A stretch of 64,000 bases of DNA from a virus (Duplodnaviria > Caudoviricetes), in IMG/VR virus record IMGVR_UViG_3300037541_000451, positions 1 to 64,000 of that record. The stretch is one strand, 5' to 3'. Below the pieces are notes generated by a model, which was not told the DNA's origin, ran no database searches, and saw nothing but the letters and a program-made list of their open reading frames with translations. Made by a program: the position numbers and the translations under genes. Shown here one piece after another: positions 37,801 to 48,202 of this stretch; within the stretch, counting starts at the first letter, position 1; each line of letters starts with the position of its first letter.

Positions 37801-39309
37801 TTAGAATGTACCGCCATCGATAGTAATACTATCGATAGTACCACCAGTAATTGAAACATTACTTGAAGCTTGAGTAGCCATTGTACCTAAGCCAAGAGTA
37901 GTTCTTGCAGCAGACGCATCAGCATCATCAATTAAAGACCGACCAAATGCAGAAAAATCTGTAGTAGATACAGCTGAAGAGCTTGAAAAATAAGGTAACT
38001 TATCTGCAGCTAACGTCACACCGCTAAATGCTGCAATAGAAGCATTTAAAGCTAAAGTAGGATCCCCAGAAACACCATTACCATTAGTAACTGTAATTCC
38101 ATTTCCAGTAACTGCAACTGATCTAGCTGAAACAGTTCCAGAACCTGTTCTTACAAAAATACCATTATCAGCTAAATTATGCAAAGCTAAAGCTTGACCT
38201 GTAAGACCGATACTATCTACACCAACGATAATACCTGTACCTGCGCCGACATCAAACGTATTTCCAGTTTTTGTTAAGCCAGCACCGGCTTCAATCTGCC
38301 CTGCTCCACTGAATTGAACAAATGTAAGACTTGTAGAACCTATAGATATAGTAGCATTGGTCGTGAGTACCCATCCACTATCAGCATTGACAGTCCCTTC
38401 TTCAACAAATGTAAATGCTCCAGGAGTCACTTCAGCATCGCTATCGAAGTCATTGGCTCTAACCCATGAGCCTGCTTGTACTAAATAAATACCATTTTGA
38501 GAAGCTGTGCTTTGATTTTTAACAAGTACGCGATCATCAGCTACAACAGCTATGTCGTCAATTGTTTGAGTGCCACTTAAAGTGATATTAGCTGTTGTTG
38601 CAGCTTTTACGCTTTGCTTAACATCAAGACCTGATCTAGCAGAATCAACATAATTTTTAGTAGCTGCATCAGTAGCCGCTGTAGGTTCTGCAAGTCCTGT
38701 AATTTTTTGGTTATTAAGGCTAACGGAAGCTGTAGGTACCGCCATTTGATCAAGACGGTTAGTCCTGACTTGTGTATCAAAGTTAGTAATTTTTGCAGCA
38801 GTTAAAGAAGGAATATCAGTATCTGCTAAAGTCGTACCAGCCGTTGCAAGACCTTTTGAATTAACTGTAAATTTTGTATAAGTGCCCGCAGAAATTCCAG
38901 TATTAGCTAGGGTTAAGACGATCGCAGTAGAACCACTACCTGTAGCGTCACCAGAAATTGTAATGTTTTGATTTGCTGTTAAATAACCTTGATTTTTTAC
39001 GAAAGCTGTAGTTGCAAGATTAGTACTATTATCAGAGTTACTAACAGTTGTAGCAGTAGCAGTACCTAAAGTTGTACTACCTAAAAATATTTTATTACCA
39101 GAAACTGTTTGACTACCAGTCAATGCAAGAAAAGCACCATTACCAGCAATTGCTTCTACTGTTGTTGCAGTGCCACCAGCCCCGCCTGTGCCTTTACCAT
39201 AATAAAGTACATTATCGACTTCATTAAAAGCTAATTCAGCATTTGCAAGTAAAGCCGGAGAGCCTGCTGCACCACTAGCTCTTCTTTTAATACGCAGAGT
39301 ATTTGCCAT
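37801..39309 (-). CDS. tail/head fibre protein with Mtd-N-like anchor
   Basis: LRIKRR...LANAELAFNEVDN; KQSVKAATTANITLSG...DRVLVKNQ...QNGIY fibre repeat. Confidence 0.8.
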   Translation of the reverse strand: MANTLRIKRRASGAAGSPALLANAELAFNEVDNVLYYGKGTGGAGGTATTVEAIAGNGAFLALTGSQTVSGNKIFLGSTTLGTATATTVSNSDNSTNLATTAFVKNQGYLTANQNITISGDATGSGSTAIVLTLANTGISAGTYTKFTVNSKGLATAGTTLADTDIPSLTAAKITNFDTQVRTNRLDQMAVPTASVSLNNQKITGLAEPTAATDAATKNYVDSARSGLDVKQSVKAATTANITLSGTQTIDDIAVVADDRVLVKNQSTASQNGIYLVQAGSWVRANDFDSDAEVTPGAFTFVEEGTVNADSGWVLTTNATISIGSTSLTFVQFSGAGQIEAGAGLTKTGNTFDVGAGTGIIVGVDSIGLTGQALALHNLADNGIFVRTGSGTVSARSVAVTGNGITVTNGNGVSGDPTLALNASIAAFSGVTLAADKLPYFSSSSAVSTTDFSAFGRSLIDDADASAARTTLGLGTMATQASSNVSITGGTIDSITIDGGTF

Positions 39310-39318
39310 TTTAACGCC

Positions 39319-39564
39319 TTAAAAATTTCCACCATCAGTTAAAAGCTCTTGAGCTCTATTTATCCATTTGTCTGTAGCAAAAACAAGTGTATCATTGTTT
39401 TGCAAAGTACTCAATTCAAAGGGATAACCACCAATATTGCTTTCGCCAGGCTCCCCTTGTGGACCTTGTATTCCAGGAATTCCACTATGTACAATGCTAG
39501 TTATCTTGGAATTAGTTTGTATAATATTGTTTACTTTATCGCTAATAACGACTAATTGTGTCAT
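39319..39564 (-). CDS. small collagen-motif virion protein
   Basis: GIPGIQGPQGEPG; ends in DGGNF like the neighbouring fibre. Confidence 0.65.
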   Translation of the reverse strand: MTQLVVISDKVNNIIQTNSKITSIVHSGIPGIQGPQGEPGESNIGGYPFELSTLQNNDTLVFATDKWINRAQELLTDGGNF

Positions 39565-40145
39565 CTTGTAACTTCTCTTTCTAATATAATATTACCATTT
39601 AATAAAGGGATGATATTATTATTAAGGACAACTTCTAAACTGTAAACAGCATTTGTAAAAGTAAAATTTTGAGTAACAGAGCTAGAAATTAAAAGATCAA
39701 TTGTTTTATTGATATTATCAACTGCAATGCCACCATTTTCAGTGGTCATGCTATGCAACACATTTGAATTATTAATAGTAGCTCTAATTTGCATTCTAGC
39801 AGTCATGCCTGACATATTAACAGGTTCATAATACTGAAGTATACCGCCAGATATATATGTAGCAAATTCAGTAGCATTAACTGCATTTATATTAATTAAG
39901 TCAGCATTTGAGTTAATAGCCGTTTGCCAGCCTAGCTTATTAACTTCTTCCATTCCTTTTACACCAGAGATATTAATTCTCCAGCCTTCAGGAACACCAT
40001 GACCAATTGCGGTAATACCAATCGGGGCTGTTTTGGCTATATTTGTAATAGTTTTGTAAATTAATTTATCGGATTCCCAACGAAGTGGATACTTAAAAGT
40101 AGATCCTTGATAAATTTTAAAATCAATTCTTGCAGGCTCTGACAT
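39561..40145 (-). CDS. fibre-attachment (BppU-like) protein
   Basis: IYQGSTF...GMTARMQIR pattern. Confidence 0.55.
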   Translation of the reverse strand: MSEPARIDFKIYQGSTFKYPLRWESDKLIYKTITNIAKTAPIGITAIGHGVPEGWRINISGVKGMEEVNKLGWQTAINSNADLININAVNATEFATYISGGILQYYEPVNMSGMTARMQIRATINNSNVLHSMTTENGGIAVDNINKTIDLLISSSVTQNFTFTNAVYSLEVVLNNNIIPLLNGNIILEREVTR

Positions 40146-40219
40146 ATTATCTCCTAAATTTATAATAAATTTCCCAGAATTTATCTTTTAAATATTGAAT
40201 TACTTTTTTCATTATTACC

Positions 40220-40813
40220 TCAAACATCAATTACCAAGTCAGTTGGGCTGAAAAGAAGTTCAACCATGCCTCTTATAGGTTTCCATGTGCTTCTGAAGCT
40301 ACTAGATACAGGCTCTGTGACTCGTAATTCAAAAAAGCCGTAGACAGCTTGTTCAACTGTTGGTTCTATTTCCCAAGTAGAACCTAAATTTGATAGGAAT
40401 TGAATGTAAATAATATTTAATGCTGTTTCTACCCAAGTACTATCTAATGACGGCACAGTAGAATTAACTCTACTTGTACCATTTAATAAGAAATAGTAAG
40501 TATCAGCATACTTTACGATTTGATTCTTACTATAAGCAGTTGCAGTATTCCAATTACCTACGAAATTAGGAGTCCTAACAGATAGTGTAGTTTGTGCACC
40601 ACTAGGCTTAATACTTACAGGTCTATCAAGAACACCAGGCTTATTTAAAGCTTCAAGTATAACAGCTTCAAATATGTAGCCGCTAGTAGCATCCTTAAGG
40701 AAATCAAGTGTAATAGGAAACTCTAGCTGTTCTCCTTTTACAAAAGACCAGAGAACTGCACCTGAGTCTGTAATCAAGTCATCTGTTGTATCAACTAACC
40801 TTGACCTTGCCAT
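40220..40813 (-). CDS. virion protein with a CBM5/12-like insert
   Basis: GNWNTATAYSKNQIVKY segment. Confidence 0.5.
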   Translation of the reverse strand: MARSRLVDTTDDLITDSGAVLWSFVKGEQLEFPITLDFLKDATSGYIFEAVILEALNKPGVLDRPVSIKPSGAQTTLSVRTPNFVGNWNTATAYSKNQIVKYADTYYFLLNGTSRVNSTVPSLDSTWVETALNIIYIQFLSNLGSTWEIEPTVEQAVYGFFELRVTEPVSSSFRSTWKPIRGMVELLFSPTDLVIDV

Positions 40814-40880
40814 ATTTTCTCCTAAAGTTGGCGGCCGACATTTCTATCGGCCGCCCTTTTGTTAAATCTGCGCTACCAAT

Positions 40881-41129
40881 TTAAGGAAACATTTCAGTTG
40901 CTGGCCACCAGCCCAGGTCCGCCTCGACGCCAACATCATCGGGGGATACAAACACCCATCGACCATCTGCGATCTCTTGCGGGATTGCCCAGCGCTCGGT
41001 GACTTGTGCGCTGGGGTCTGGCAAACCAGTGGCGGCGTTGGTGCCGATCTTTGAGTAGCCCATGTTGTTGGCGATCTGTGCTTCGGCCGTAAGGGCTTCT
41101 GCTTCGGTGTTGAATACTCTGTATTTCAT
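40881..41129 (-). CDS. hypothetical protein (GC-rich cassette)
   Basis: ORF track; SD AGGAG. Confidence 0.65.
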   Translation of the reverse strand: MKYRVFNTEAEALTAEAQIANNMGYSKIGTNAATGLPDPSAQVTERWAIPQEIADGRWVFVSPDDVGVEADLGWWPATEMFP

Positions 41130-41138
41130 GGTTGCTCC

Positions 41139-41942
41139 TCAAACCGTGGGCGGGGTTGACTTAAAGGGGTGATCGGCGGGCAGGTTGGCCTCAAGGCCCC
41201 ACTTCCACGCTAGGTAGCCTTCGAGTTTCTGGCGGTCAGCGGTCTGAGTACTGGTAGTGGTGACAACCAATTCGCTGAGATCAAACGCGCCACTGTTACT
41301 AGGTTCGCCTACTCGATATGGGCCAATCTCTGTTGTAGATGCCGTGTTTGTTGGTGCTACCGCCCCAGTATTAGAATTTACAACGGCGCCATTCATGGAA
41401 ATCGTGTGAATGTTATTGTCGGACTGCCCCGCCACTATTGACCAATTTGCTCCACTACCAGACGATAAAGCCGCGGGAGCTGACCCATAAGTATATTCGT
41501 AAGCGCGACTATCGTTTATATTAATAGCAACAGCCTGATCAGTGCCAGCAAGTTTGCTAGTAATGATGCCTCCGTACCCACCGCTATTTTCTTTCGCTAC
41601 CGCAATTATTATGCGGTTCGTGGAATCCAAGAACCTACTAGCGATTGACATAAGATCATTCACGCCATCAAATGTCAGTGCCGGCTTTCCTCCAAGGAGT
41701 GTGGCGTTATAAGCCGGCTGGTTGGCCGCGGTCGCTTGCGTAGCATTCCGAGAATTCCCAGACTTATCGTTCCACTGACTAACCGTGCTGCCGTTAAGAA
41801 TGATGCTCGCGGTATCTTCAGCATCCAACCACAGCGCCAGCGTCGAACCGAGTTGATCCGGACGCCACAAGCGCGGACCACCAAAGGGGCGACCGTCCCA
41901 CCGATAGGGATGCGTGTAAGGAAGGTTGCGTAAAAGACTCAT
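41139..41942 (-). CDS. LamG/concanavalin-like lectin-fold protein, 1 module
   Basis: LWLDAEDT...VSQWNDKSGN...QPAY; RQKLEGYLAWKWG. Confidence 0.7.
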   Translation of the reverse strand: MSLLRNLPYTHPYRWDGRPFGGPRLWRPDQLGSTLALWLDAEDTASIILNGSTVSQWNDKSGNSRNATQATAANQPAYNATLLGGKPALTFDGVNDLMSIASRFLDSTNRIIIAVAKENSGGYGGIITSKLAGTDQAVAININDSRAYEYTYGSAPAALSSGSGANWSIVAGQSDNNIHTISMNGAVVNSNTGAVAPTNTASTTEIGPYRVGEPSNSGAFDLSELVVTTTSTQTADRQKLEGYLAWKWGLEANLPADHPFKSTPPTV

Positions 41943-43510
41943 AACAAATTACTCCATTTCCAGGCGAGATAGCCTTCGAGTTTCTGGCGGTCGTTATCCG
42001 TTATTGCTGAATACAGCACAACAACTTCCTTGACAGCAATGTGCGAACAAAATTGACCTACTAATGACCCCCTAAGCGACCCCACGCTGAAACCATCAGC
42101 GGTGCTCCCCAGGCTGCCAGTTGTGCTATATGCTATTGGAGTTGCGCCATCGCGTGACAACCTAACATTGTTAGGTCCAGCCAACTGCGTGTTCCAGCCT
42201 GCGAAAATATGATAGCCACCACCTATGTCATAACTGATATCTGACGTACTGACATCGGTCGCCCACCCCGCAAAACCAACAGTGGTTCCACTAGCTTGTC
42301 GATAAAAACTACGAATAGTACCAGTGGTACCAGTTTCACCTACGCCCATTGGAAGGTCTTGGCTTACACTACCAGTAACCATCCTCATCACGGTGAGCAT
42401 AGAAACTGAGGTAGATCCCCCTGCCCCTGTAGTATTGTTGAACAAATAATCATCAGAACCATCAAAGGTAATAGTTCTATTGACTGCATCATAAGCAGGT
42501 TGTTGGGCTGCTACTGCTTGACTGATATTTCGTCCTTGCCCGCTTTTATCCGACCACTGCGAGACGTTTGAGCCGTTCAGCGCGATCGTGCTAGCGTCGT
42601 TTGCGTCTAGCCACAGGGCCAGCGAAGAACCCAAGCTAGATGGCGACCAGAACGCTGTGCCAAAACCAAAAGCACGACCGTCCCAGCGGTATGGGTGATC
42701 GGAGGGCAGATTGGCTTCAAGGCCCCACTTCCACGCTAGGTAGCCTTCGAGTTTCTGGCGATCAGTGGTTGATAGTGCGGTATTGGTATAGACGACTTCA
42801 CCAACAAAGCCGAGCATCTGGTTGGCGTTTAGCGTTACACCGTCATCGGTGGAAGTGCCTCCAATAACAAGCGTGCCGCTGTCGGTATCCGAATTGTTAC
42901 CAGAAGAGGGGAAAGAACCTGTTGCACCAGCAGCGCCGTTAATGAACTGGTCAAGTGCCCCTGCAGAGTATCTTGCAACGCCCACCTGAATTACGTTTGT
43001 GCCGTTTGTATATATAGGCGGGGTAGATACTAACATTGCCCCCTCTGCATCTAACCTTCTTGCTGCAATGCTTAACGTTCCTGCGGCTAGTAATATTGTT
43101 GCAAGCCTAACGCCTGTACCAGTGTTATTCATAGCTGCAATGGGAATGCGCTGGCTTGTGAAGTTTGTGTAGTTCAGCACTGCCGCCACAGTTGCACCCG
43201 GAACATTCCGCAACAGCGCACCGGGGTTGGCGTTGAACAGCCAGTCCGCGCCGTCAAACGTCACCACAGGCTTTCCGTTCAAACCAAACGCAGTCAACGT
43301 CGGTTGGTTCGCGGCTGTCGCCTGTGAGACGTGCCGAGCATTGCCACTCTTGTCTCTCCACTGGCTGACGGTCGATCCGTTGAGCGTGATCGTGCTTGCG
43401 TCGGCGGCATCCAGCCACAGGGCCAGCGGAGAACCTAATTGTGCGGGAGTCCAAAAACTTTTTTTATAAACACCAGAAATTGCATTTAATCTTGTGGCTC
43501 TAAGTCTCAT
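41939..43510 (-). CDS. LamG/concanavalin-like lectin-fold protein, 2 modules
   Basis: Two copies of the LWLDA...QKLEGYLAWKW module. Confidence 0.7.
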   Translation of the reverse strand: MRLRATRLNAISGVYKKSFWTPAQLGSPLALWLDAADASTITLNGSTVSQWRDKSGNARHVSQATAANQPTLTAFGLNGKPVVTFDGADWLFNANPGALLRNVPGATVAAVLNYTNFTSQRIPIAAMNNTGTGVRLATILLAAGTLSIAARRLDAEGAMLVSTPPIYTNGTNVIQVGVARYSAGALDQFINGAAGATGSFPSSGNNSDTDSGTLVIGGTSTDDGVTLNANQMLGFVGEVVYTNTALSTTDRQKLEGYLAWKWGLEANLPSDHPYRWDGRAFGFGTAFWSPSSLGSSLALWLDANDASTIALNGSNVSQWSDKSGQGRNISQAVAAQQPAYDAVNRTITFDGSDDYLFNNTTGAGGSTSVSMLTVMRMVTGSVSQDLPMGVGETGTTGTIRSFYRQASGTTVGFAGWATDVSTSDISYDIGGGYHIFAGWNTQLAGPNNVRLSRDGATPIAYSTTGSLGSTADGFSVGSLRGSLVGQFCSHIAVKEVVVLYSAITDNDRQKLEGYLAWKWSNLL

Positions 43511-43514
43511 AATA

Positions 43515-44408
43515 TTACGCGATTAAGAGTTCGGATAATTCCAGTACTCCGTCTGTAGTACCGGCGCGAATTACAGCAATTTGGGTGTTTGCGGCAACAT
43601 CAATGTCAAGTCTCTCACTCTGCCCAATAAAGTGCGAAGTTGCGCTTGCGGTTTGTGCCACGGTGCCAATAGCATACCGAATGTCAGCATTGCGAGCGTG
43701 AATGCTGATACGGCGGCAAGTAGTGGTAAGTGCGGTGTTGGCAGTAGCCGCTCCCGCTGCAAGTTGTCTAGCAACACCAACAGCAGCCAAAGTATCTACT
43801 GGCAAAAGCCCAGTAATTGTTGCTGTAGGTATCTTGTTATCAATGCTTGACAAACTGGTGTTACTGGTTGTTTGATTAGCGCTAGTAGCTGCTCCACTAG
43901 GAAGTGGTAAAGAAGCCGCACTAACAGGAACTGCTGTAGCTCTTAATTGAGCATCTGTTAATGCAGTACTACCAACTAATTCTAGATTAGTTGCGCTAGG
44001 TACAGAAGCTAGATCAGTAGCGGTAGTTTGATTACGCCAAATCGTAGTAACAGTCGACGGCGTTACACCTGAAACATCAATAACTTGTGTAGCAGTTATT
44101 GTATTTCCTACACTTGCTCCTGTAAAAGCTGTTTTTACAGTATATGTAGTAACAACAAATTCATGATCAGCATCGCCACCACTAGCAGCATAAGGCGCGC
44201 CTGTAGCGGGATCAACAAGAACTACAGGACTTGCATCGGCAACATCAAATGTAGGCCTTGCTTGTTTTAGCAAATTGTTAAAACCAGAAAGAGTACCATT
44301 ATAGGTCTCTTTCGTAACTGTATTAATTGCAACGACCGTTGTCCCATCATTCGTTTGAATGATCCAGTTACTGGGAGTAGTACGGTCTGCGCTATCTGTA
44401 AAAGCCAT
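43515..44408 (-). CDS. virion-associated protein with an N-terminal PSNW domain
   Basis: ORF track; T/A/S-rich. Confidence 0.65.
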   Translation of the reverse strand: MAFTDSADRTTPSNWIIQTNDGTTVVAINTVTKETYNGTLSGFNNLLKQARPTFDVADASPVVLVDPATGAPYAASGGDADHEFVVTTYTVKTAFTGASVGNTITATQVIDVSGVTPSTVTTIWRNQTTATDLASVPSATNLELVGSTALTDAQLRATAVPVSAASLPLPSGAATSANQTTSNTSLSSIDNKIPTATITGLLPVDTLAAVGVARQLAAGAATANTALTTTCRRISIHARNADIRYAIGTVAQTASATSHFIGQSERLDIDVAANTQIAVIRAGTTDGVLELSELLIA

Positions 44409-44464
44409 TTTGTTTCCTTAATACTAAGAGAAGGCATTTCCCACAATGTGTGGGGATTTTAACT

Positions 44465-45034
44465 CTAAACTACATGCCAATTTCCGCCTCTATAAATTAT
44501 TGTGAGGCTTTCATACGGCTGTTGAAGTACTTTGGTTGTGACACCATCAATCTTTTGAGAATTAGTAGCTTTAATAGTAACCTTTCGATTACCTATGGGC
44601 GCACCAATCTCGAGCTTTACTATTAGCTCAAACCCATCTATAACTGTATCTATCAATGAAACGATAACAGGCTTTTCGGAGTTAACTCCAATATACCAGT
44701 CATTTGTTTCAATAGTATAGTTTTTATCAATTAACAAAGTCTTTTTATCACACTTGCAACATTTTACAGATAATATACCATCTTCAGTGATTGATAAGCA
44801 TTCACCAACTTTGATAGCACCTAATGTAGTTTCTGTTGCAGGTTTAATTGTAGGCGCAAATCCTGGAGATCCTTGCGGGCCTTGTGGACCTGGAGGTCCA
44901 GGAGGACCAACACTTCCAGCAGGATTTATTGTAGTGTTTTTGATAAACACATCATTATCTTCTGCTGTAGTAAACATTACTGGCGGCGGAGGACACATCA
45001 TAAATGAGCTCCACCCAAATGGGTTATTTATCAT
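44465..45034 (-). CDS. collagen-like, Cys-containing protein
   Basis: GPPGPPGPQGPQG; KCCKC. Confidence 0.7.
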   Translation of the reverse strand: MINNPFGWSSFMMCPPPPVMFTTAEDNDVFIKNTTINPAGSVGPPGPPGPQGPQGSPGFAPTIKPATETTLGAIKVGECLSITEDGILSVKCCKCDKKTLLIDKNYTIETNDWYIGVNSEKPVIVSLIDTVIDGFELIVKLEIGAPIGNRKVTIKATNSQKIDGVTTKVLQQPYESLTIIYRGGNWHVV

Positions 45035-45046
45035 CAGATTTCCTTT

Positions 45047-45076
45047 AAAAGCCCCACAACTGTTTAGGTTGTGGGG
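45047..45076 (-). terminator. intrinsic terminator
   Basis: CCCCACAAC/GTTGTGGGG stem then CTTTT. Confidence 0.6.
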
Positions 45077-45086
45077 TACTTTAGAA

Positions 45087-46061
45087 TTACCTGATATTGG
45101 TATTCGTATTCGCAGGATTAGCGGTCAATGTACCGCTACCAACGTTGATTGCTTCGTTTGTAGAACGAATGCTTTGGGACAGACCCCAAAGAACATTATA
45201 GAGTTGCCCCCATTGCTGCTGTTGCTGTTGTTGTTGCTGCATTTGATTGATGTTATTGGTTGTAGTAACCTCAACACCACGGGTAACTGCTCCAGTATCT
45301 AACTTAGCTTGTAAGGCGATTACAGCTGCGTTAGCGTCAGAGAGCTGACGATTAAGAGTGGCTTCGTATTGGGACACAATGAGCGCACGAGTCTTTTCAC
45401 CATCATTCGAGACATCCTTAGACAGCTCATAACGGTTTTGAAGAACTTGTGTAGACAGACCATTCAGCTGCTGAGCAAGCACCATTGTGCCAGCATTTAC
45501 AGCTTCTTTAGTGCCATCGATGCGAGCAGCCAAAGAGGAAGTAACGTTATTCAGTTGGTTAGTGATACCGATAGTTTGGTTGGCTTGAGAAGCCTCCATG
45601 GCAGCTGTAGAGACTGCAACAGATTTATCAACAGCACCAACAGCTTGCATCAAGTCCATATTGGCTTGATTTTGCTCAGGAGGGTTGCGGAGGACAGCTC
45701 CACCAACAACACCAGCACCATCATTACCACCAAGCAAATTGCCGTTATTACGCAGCAGACTGCCAAGGATCAGGCCACCAATAAGGCCACCACCACCAGC
45801 ACCGCCACCAAACAGACCATCACCGCCGCCTCTTCCAGCAAGAGCAGCCATCATCATTGCCGCATTGTCCGTACCGCCTACATTGATCGTTTCGTTAGCC
45901 ATTTTATCCTCTTTTTCTTCGTGTTTTCGGATTTTTTCAACAGCTTTCCATAGAGCATCTGTAGATGCTTCTACTTCACCAAACTTAGATGCATTTTCCA
46001 TTGCATGCTTAAGTAAGGCATCCTTAAGACCCGGTAATGTTTCCGGGATATTCATATCCAT
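45087..46061 (-). CDS. Gly-rich / coiled-coil protein with poly-Q tract
   Basis: Likely start ATG 46061 (SD AAGGA); second in-frame SD+ATG at 45902; Q9 at 45213-45239. Confidence 0.7.
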   Translation of the reverse strand: MDMNIPETLPGLKDALLKHAMENASKFGEVEASTDALWKAVEKIRKHEEKEDKMANETINVGGTDNAAMMMAALAGRGGGDGLFGGGAGGGGLIGGLILGSLLRNNGNLLGGNDGAGVVGGAVLRNPPEQNQANMDLMQAVGAVDKSVAVSTAAMEASQANQTIGITNQLNNVTSSLAARIDGTKEAVNAGTMVLAQQLNGLSTQVLQNRYELSKDVSNDGEKTRALIVSQYEATLNRQLSDANAAVIALQAKLDTGAVTRGVEVTTTNNINQMQQQQQQQQQWGQLYNVLWGLSQSIRSTNEAINVGSGTLTANPANTNTNIR

Positions 46062-46110
46062 ACCAATTCCTTTATTATTGATTACGGATCTACGTCCGCT
46101 TAATCTATGA

Positions 46111-47457
46111 TTAGAACATAAAGCCTCTAGAGACACGCTTTGAACCTTGATTCACAGGGAACAAGTACTCAATACCATATCTAAGACCATCCGAGAAGTG
46201 TTCTATGCTTTCTGACTTGTCAATCGCAGCAACATCAGGGTTTTTGTCAGCCCAAATAGTCCTTTCTAAAGATGTGATAACACCTTTACAACGAGGGTGG
46301 ATGTACATGTCAACCACGCCTGCTGCATTAAGAAGTTTTCTATTAACAGCGTTTACAGAATCAATTATAGGAGGTGCTTTCGGATGTGAGAGACACGTTA
46401 TGCCGTGAGATTCTAATATGCTAAAATCTGTTCTACCCACTGGTGCAGATGTTTTCCTAGCCTTTCCTGAAGGATCAGGATAAGCATAGATCTTATGACC
46501 TTTATACTTTTGAGATATGACTTTTGCTAAAGTCTCAGTATCAGGATGTCCTTTAAACTCATCTAATACATGGATTTGTTTACCACGGATTGCCATTGCT
46601 GAGGAACACTGAAGACCTACGTTAAAGTCTATATTAACATGAACGTCTTCACCTTTTTCATCATCCCTAGGCGGTTCGAAGTAAGGTAAGTCGTTCTTAA
46701 CATGGAGATCTCTACTAAAGCAATAAAAGACTGTGTTACCAGACTCCTTAAAGCTTGCCAGATACTCCGAAGCAAATGTTATAGGATCTAATCTTTGCTT
46801 AAGCTTTTCAATTTCTTCAGGGTCTAAGAATGGAGAACTCTTATAATCAAAGTGATAAGACTTCCAATCATTATCTGAAGATTGATTTGTATACAACTCA
46901 TGAAAGTAGTTGTAGCCTTTGGGTGTGCTAATTATTAAAGCACGACCTGGTGATCTTGCTTTAAAGAACGCTGCACGTTGTTTAGACCATCTAGTGATGA
47001 TGGCTGGCTGAATAACACCTTCCCAAGCTTCCTTTGGTGCAATTCCTTTATGGCACGATGAAACTTCGTCCCACACTACAAGATAGGCGCCTTTACCACG
47101 AATTCTTTCAACTGATTCGTAAGATAAAAGCCTTAGCTCTACCTTGTTAGGAAAAACAAATCTGCCAAGATCACGTGAAGACTTAATGGCAAAATGCTCC
47201 AAGCCAATATCGTAATTGAGAAGAGGGTAATAAATATCAGTGACTTGATCATGTGTAGGTGCAATTATATAAACAACCTTATTGGGAACTGATTCGGGTA
47301 GTTCCATCAATTCAAACACAGCACTAGCTCCAGCAGTAGCGGCAGTAAAAGACTTACCCCAGCCACGAGAGCAGCACACTACACTGAATCTGCAAGCTTT
47401 GTCTACAAAAAGATCTCTGAATACCTTAGATTGACCTTCATGAAGATTTATTGGCAT
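46111..47457 (-). CDS. terL: terminase large subunit
   Basis: Walker A SRGWGKS, Walker B LVVWDE, nuclease IDFN, YPDPSG, HFSDGLRY. Confidence 0.93.
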   Translation of the reverse strand: MPINLHEGQSKVFRDLFVDKACRFSVVCCSRGWGKSFTAATAGASAVFELMELPESVPNKVVYIIAPTHDQVTDIYYPLLNYDIGLEHFAIKSSRDLGRFVFPNKVELRLLSYESVERIRGKGAYLVVWDEVSSCHKGIAPKEAWEGVIQPAIITRWSKQRAAFFKARSPGRALIISTPKGYNYFHELYTNQSSDNDWKSYHFDYKSSPFLDPEEIEKLKQRLDPITFASEYLASFKESGNTVFYCFSRDLHVKNDLPYFEPPRDDEKGEDVHVNIDFNVGLQCSSAMAIRGKQIHVLDEFKGHPDTETLAKVISQKYKGHKIYAYPDPSGKARKTSAPVGRTDFSILESHGITCLSHPKAPPIIDSVNAVNRKLLNAAGVVDMYIHPRCKGVITSLERTIWADKNPDVAAIDKSESIEHFSDGLRYGIEYLFPVNQGSKRVSRGFMF

Positions 47458-47610
47458 TCAAGGGAACCTCTTTAGACGGTATCTCTTCAACATTAAAGGA
47501 CACAATCCTGAATCCAGTATTGTTTTGAGGATTATTTCCAAACATTTTGAAGAGATATTGAAAAAGTTGCAAGTTATTCTGTGGTGTGCACACAGCAAAA
47601 GTCTTTTCCA

Positions 47611-47832
47611 CTATCCTTCCTTTCTAGAAGGGTAGTATACACATTCAACTTTGATTAAATCTTCAACTTTATAATGCAACTTAAACTCAATTACATTATC
47701 AGGAAGATTTAACTTATCTTTGATATACTCGAATAATTCAATAGCATCTTTGCTATTAGAATGTATCGGTGTCATCGTCTTGATCGACATTTGGGATACG
47801 CTCCGGTTCATTAACCACGTATGTTTCACCAT
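47611..47832 (-). CDS. hypothetical protein (start uncertain)
   Basis: ORF track. Confidence 0.5.
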   Translation of the reverse strand: MVKHTWLMNRSVSQMSIKTMTPIHSNSKDAIELFEYIKDKLNLPDNVIEFKLHYKVEDLIKVECVYYPSRKEG

Positions 47833-48202
47833 CTTTTGTGAGATTCACAATTAATGCTGGAAGCTTTTCTTTAACACCATCATCTAATTCAGGTACGCGA
47901 CCGTACTTATACCTTAACAGCTTCTCTGCAATTTGAATTTGCTTATCATAAACTGTCATCATGATCTCAGGATTGAATGAACGAGGTTTTCCAGAGGCAC
48001 CTAGTTCCACAATCTCTCTAGATCTGATCTTACGCTGTCTTACGAGTTCATTTTCAAGCTCATTATATTTCTTAACAAGCTCTCCAATAGGGTCGTAATT
48101 TAGATTTCTTAATCTAGCTACACTCCTATTGCTACCGGCATTGTACTTAGGTATCCCTGCAGTACTTCTAGGAGTATTGTAAGCATTTACAATTGATGTC
48201 AT
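47756..48202 (-). CDS. terS: terminase small subunit (putative)
   Basis: Upstream of terL; LNYDPIGELV...LLRYKYG pattern with an acidic tail. Confidence 0.6.
   Translation of the reverse strand: MTSIVNAYNTPRSTAGIPKYNAGSNRSVARLRNLNYDPIGELVKKYNELENELVRQRKIRSREIVELGASGKPRSFNPEIMMTVYDKQIQIAEKLLRYKYGRVPELDDGVKEKLPALIVNLTKDGETYVVNEPERIPNVDQDDDTDTF

Noticed and set aside
37286-39309. Diversity-generating retroelement suggested by the Mtd-N-like domains
   Set aside because: No reverse transcriptase and no TR/VR pair with adenine-specific mismatches in the window; Mtd-N is only an anchor domain.
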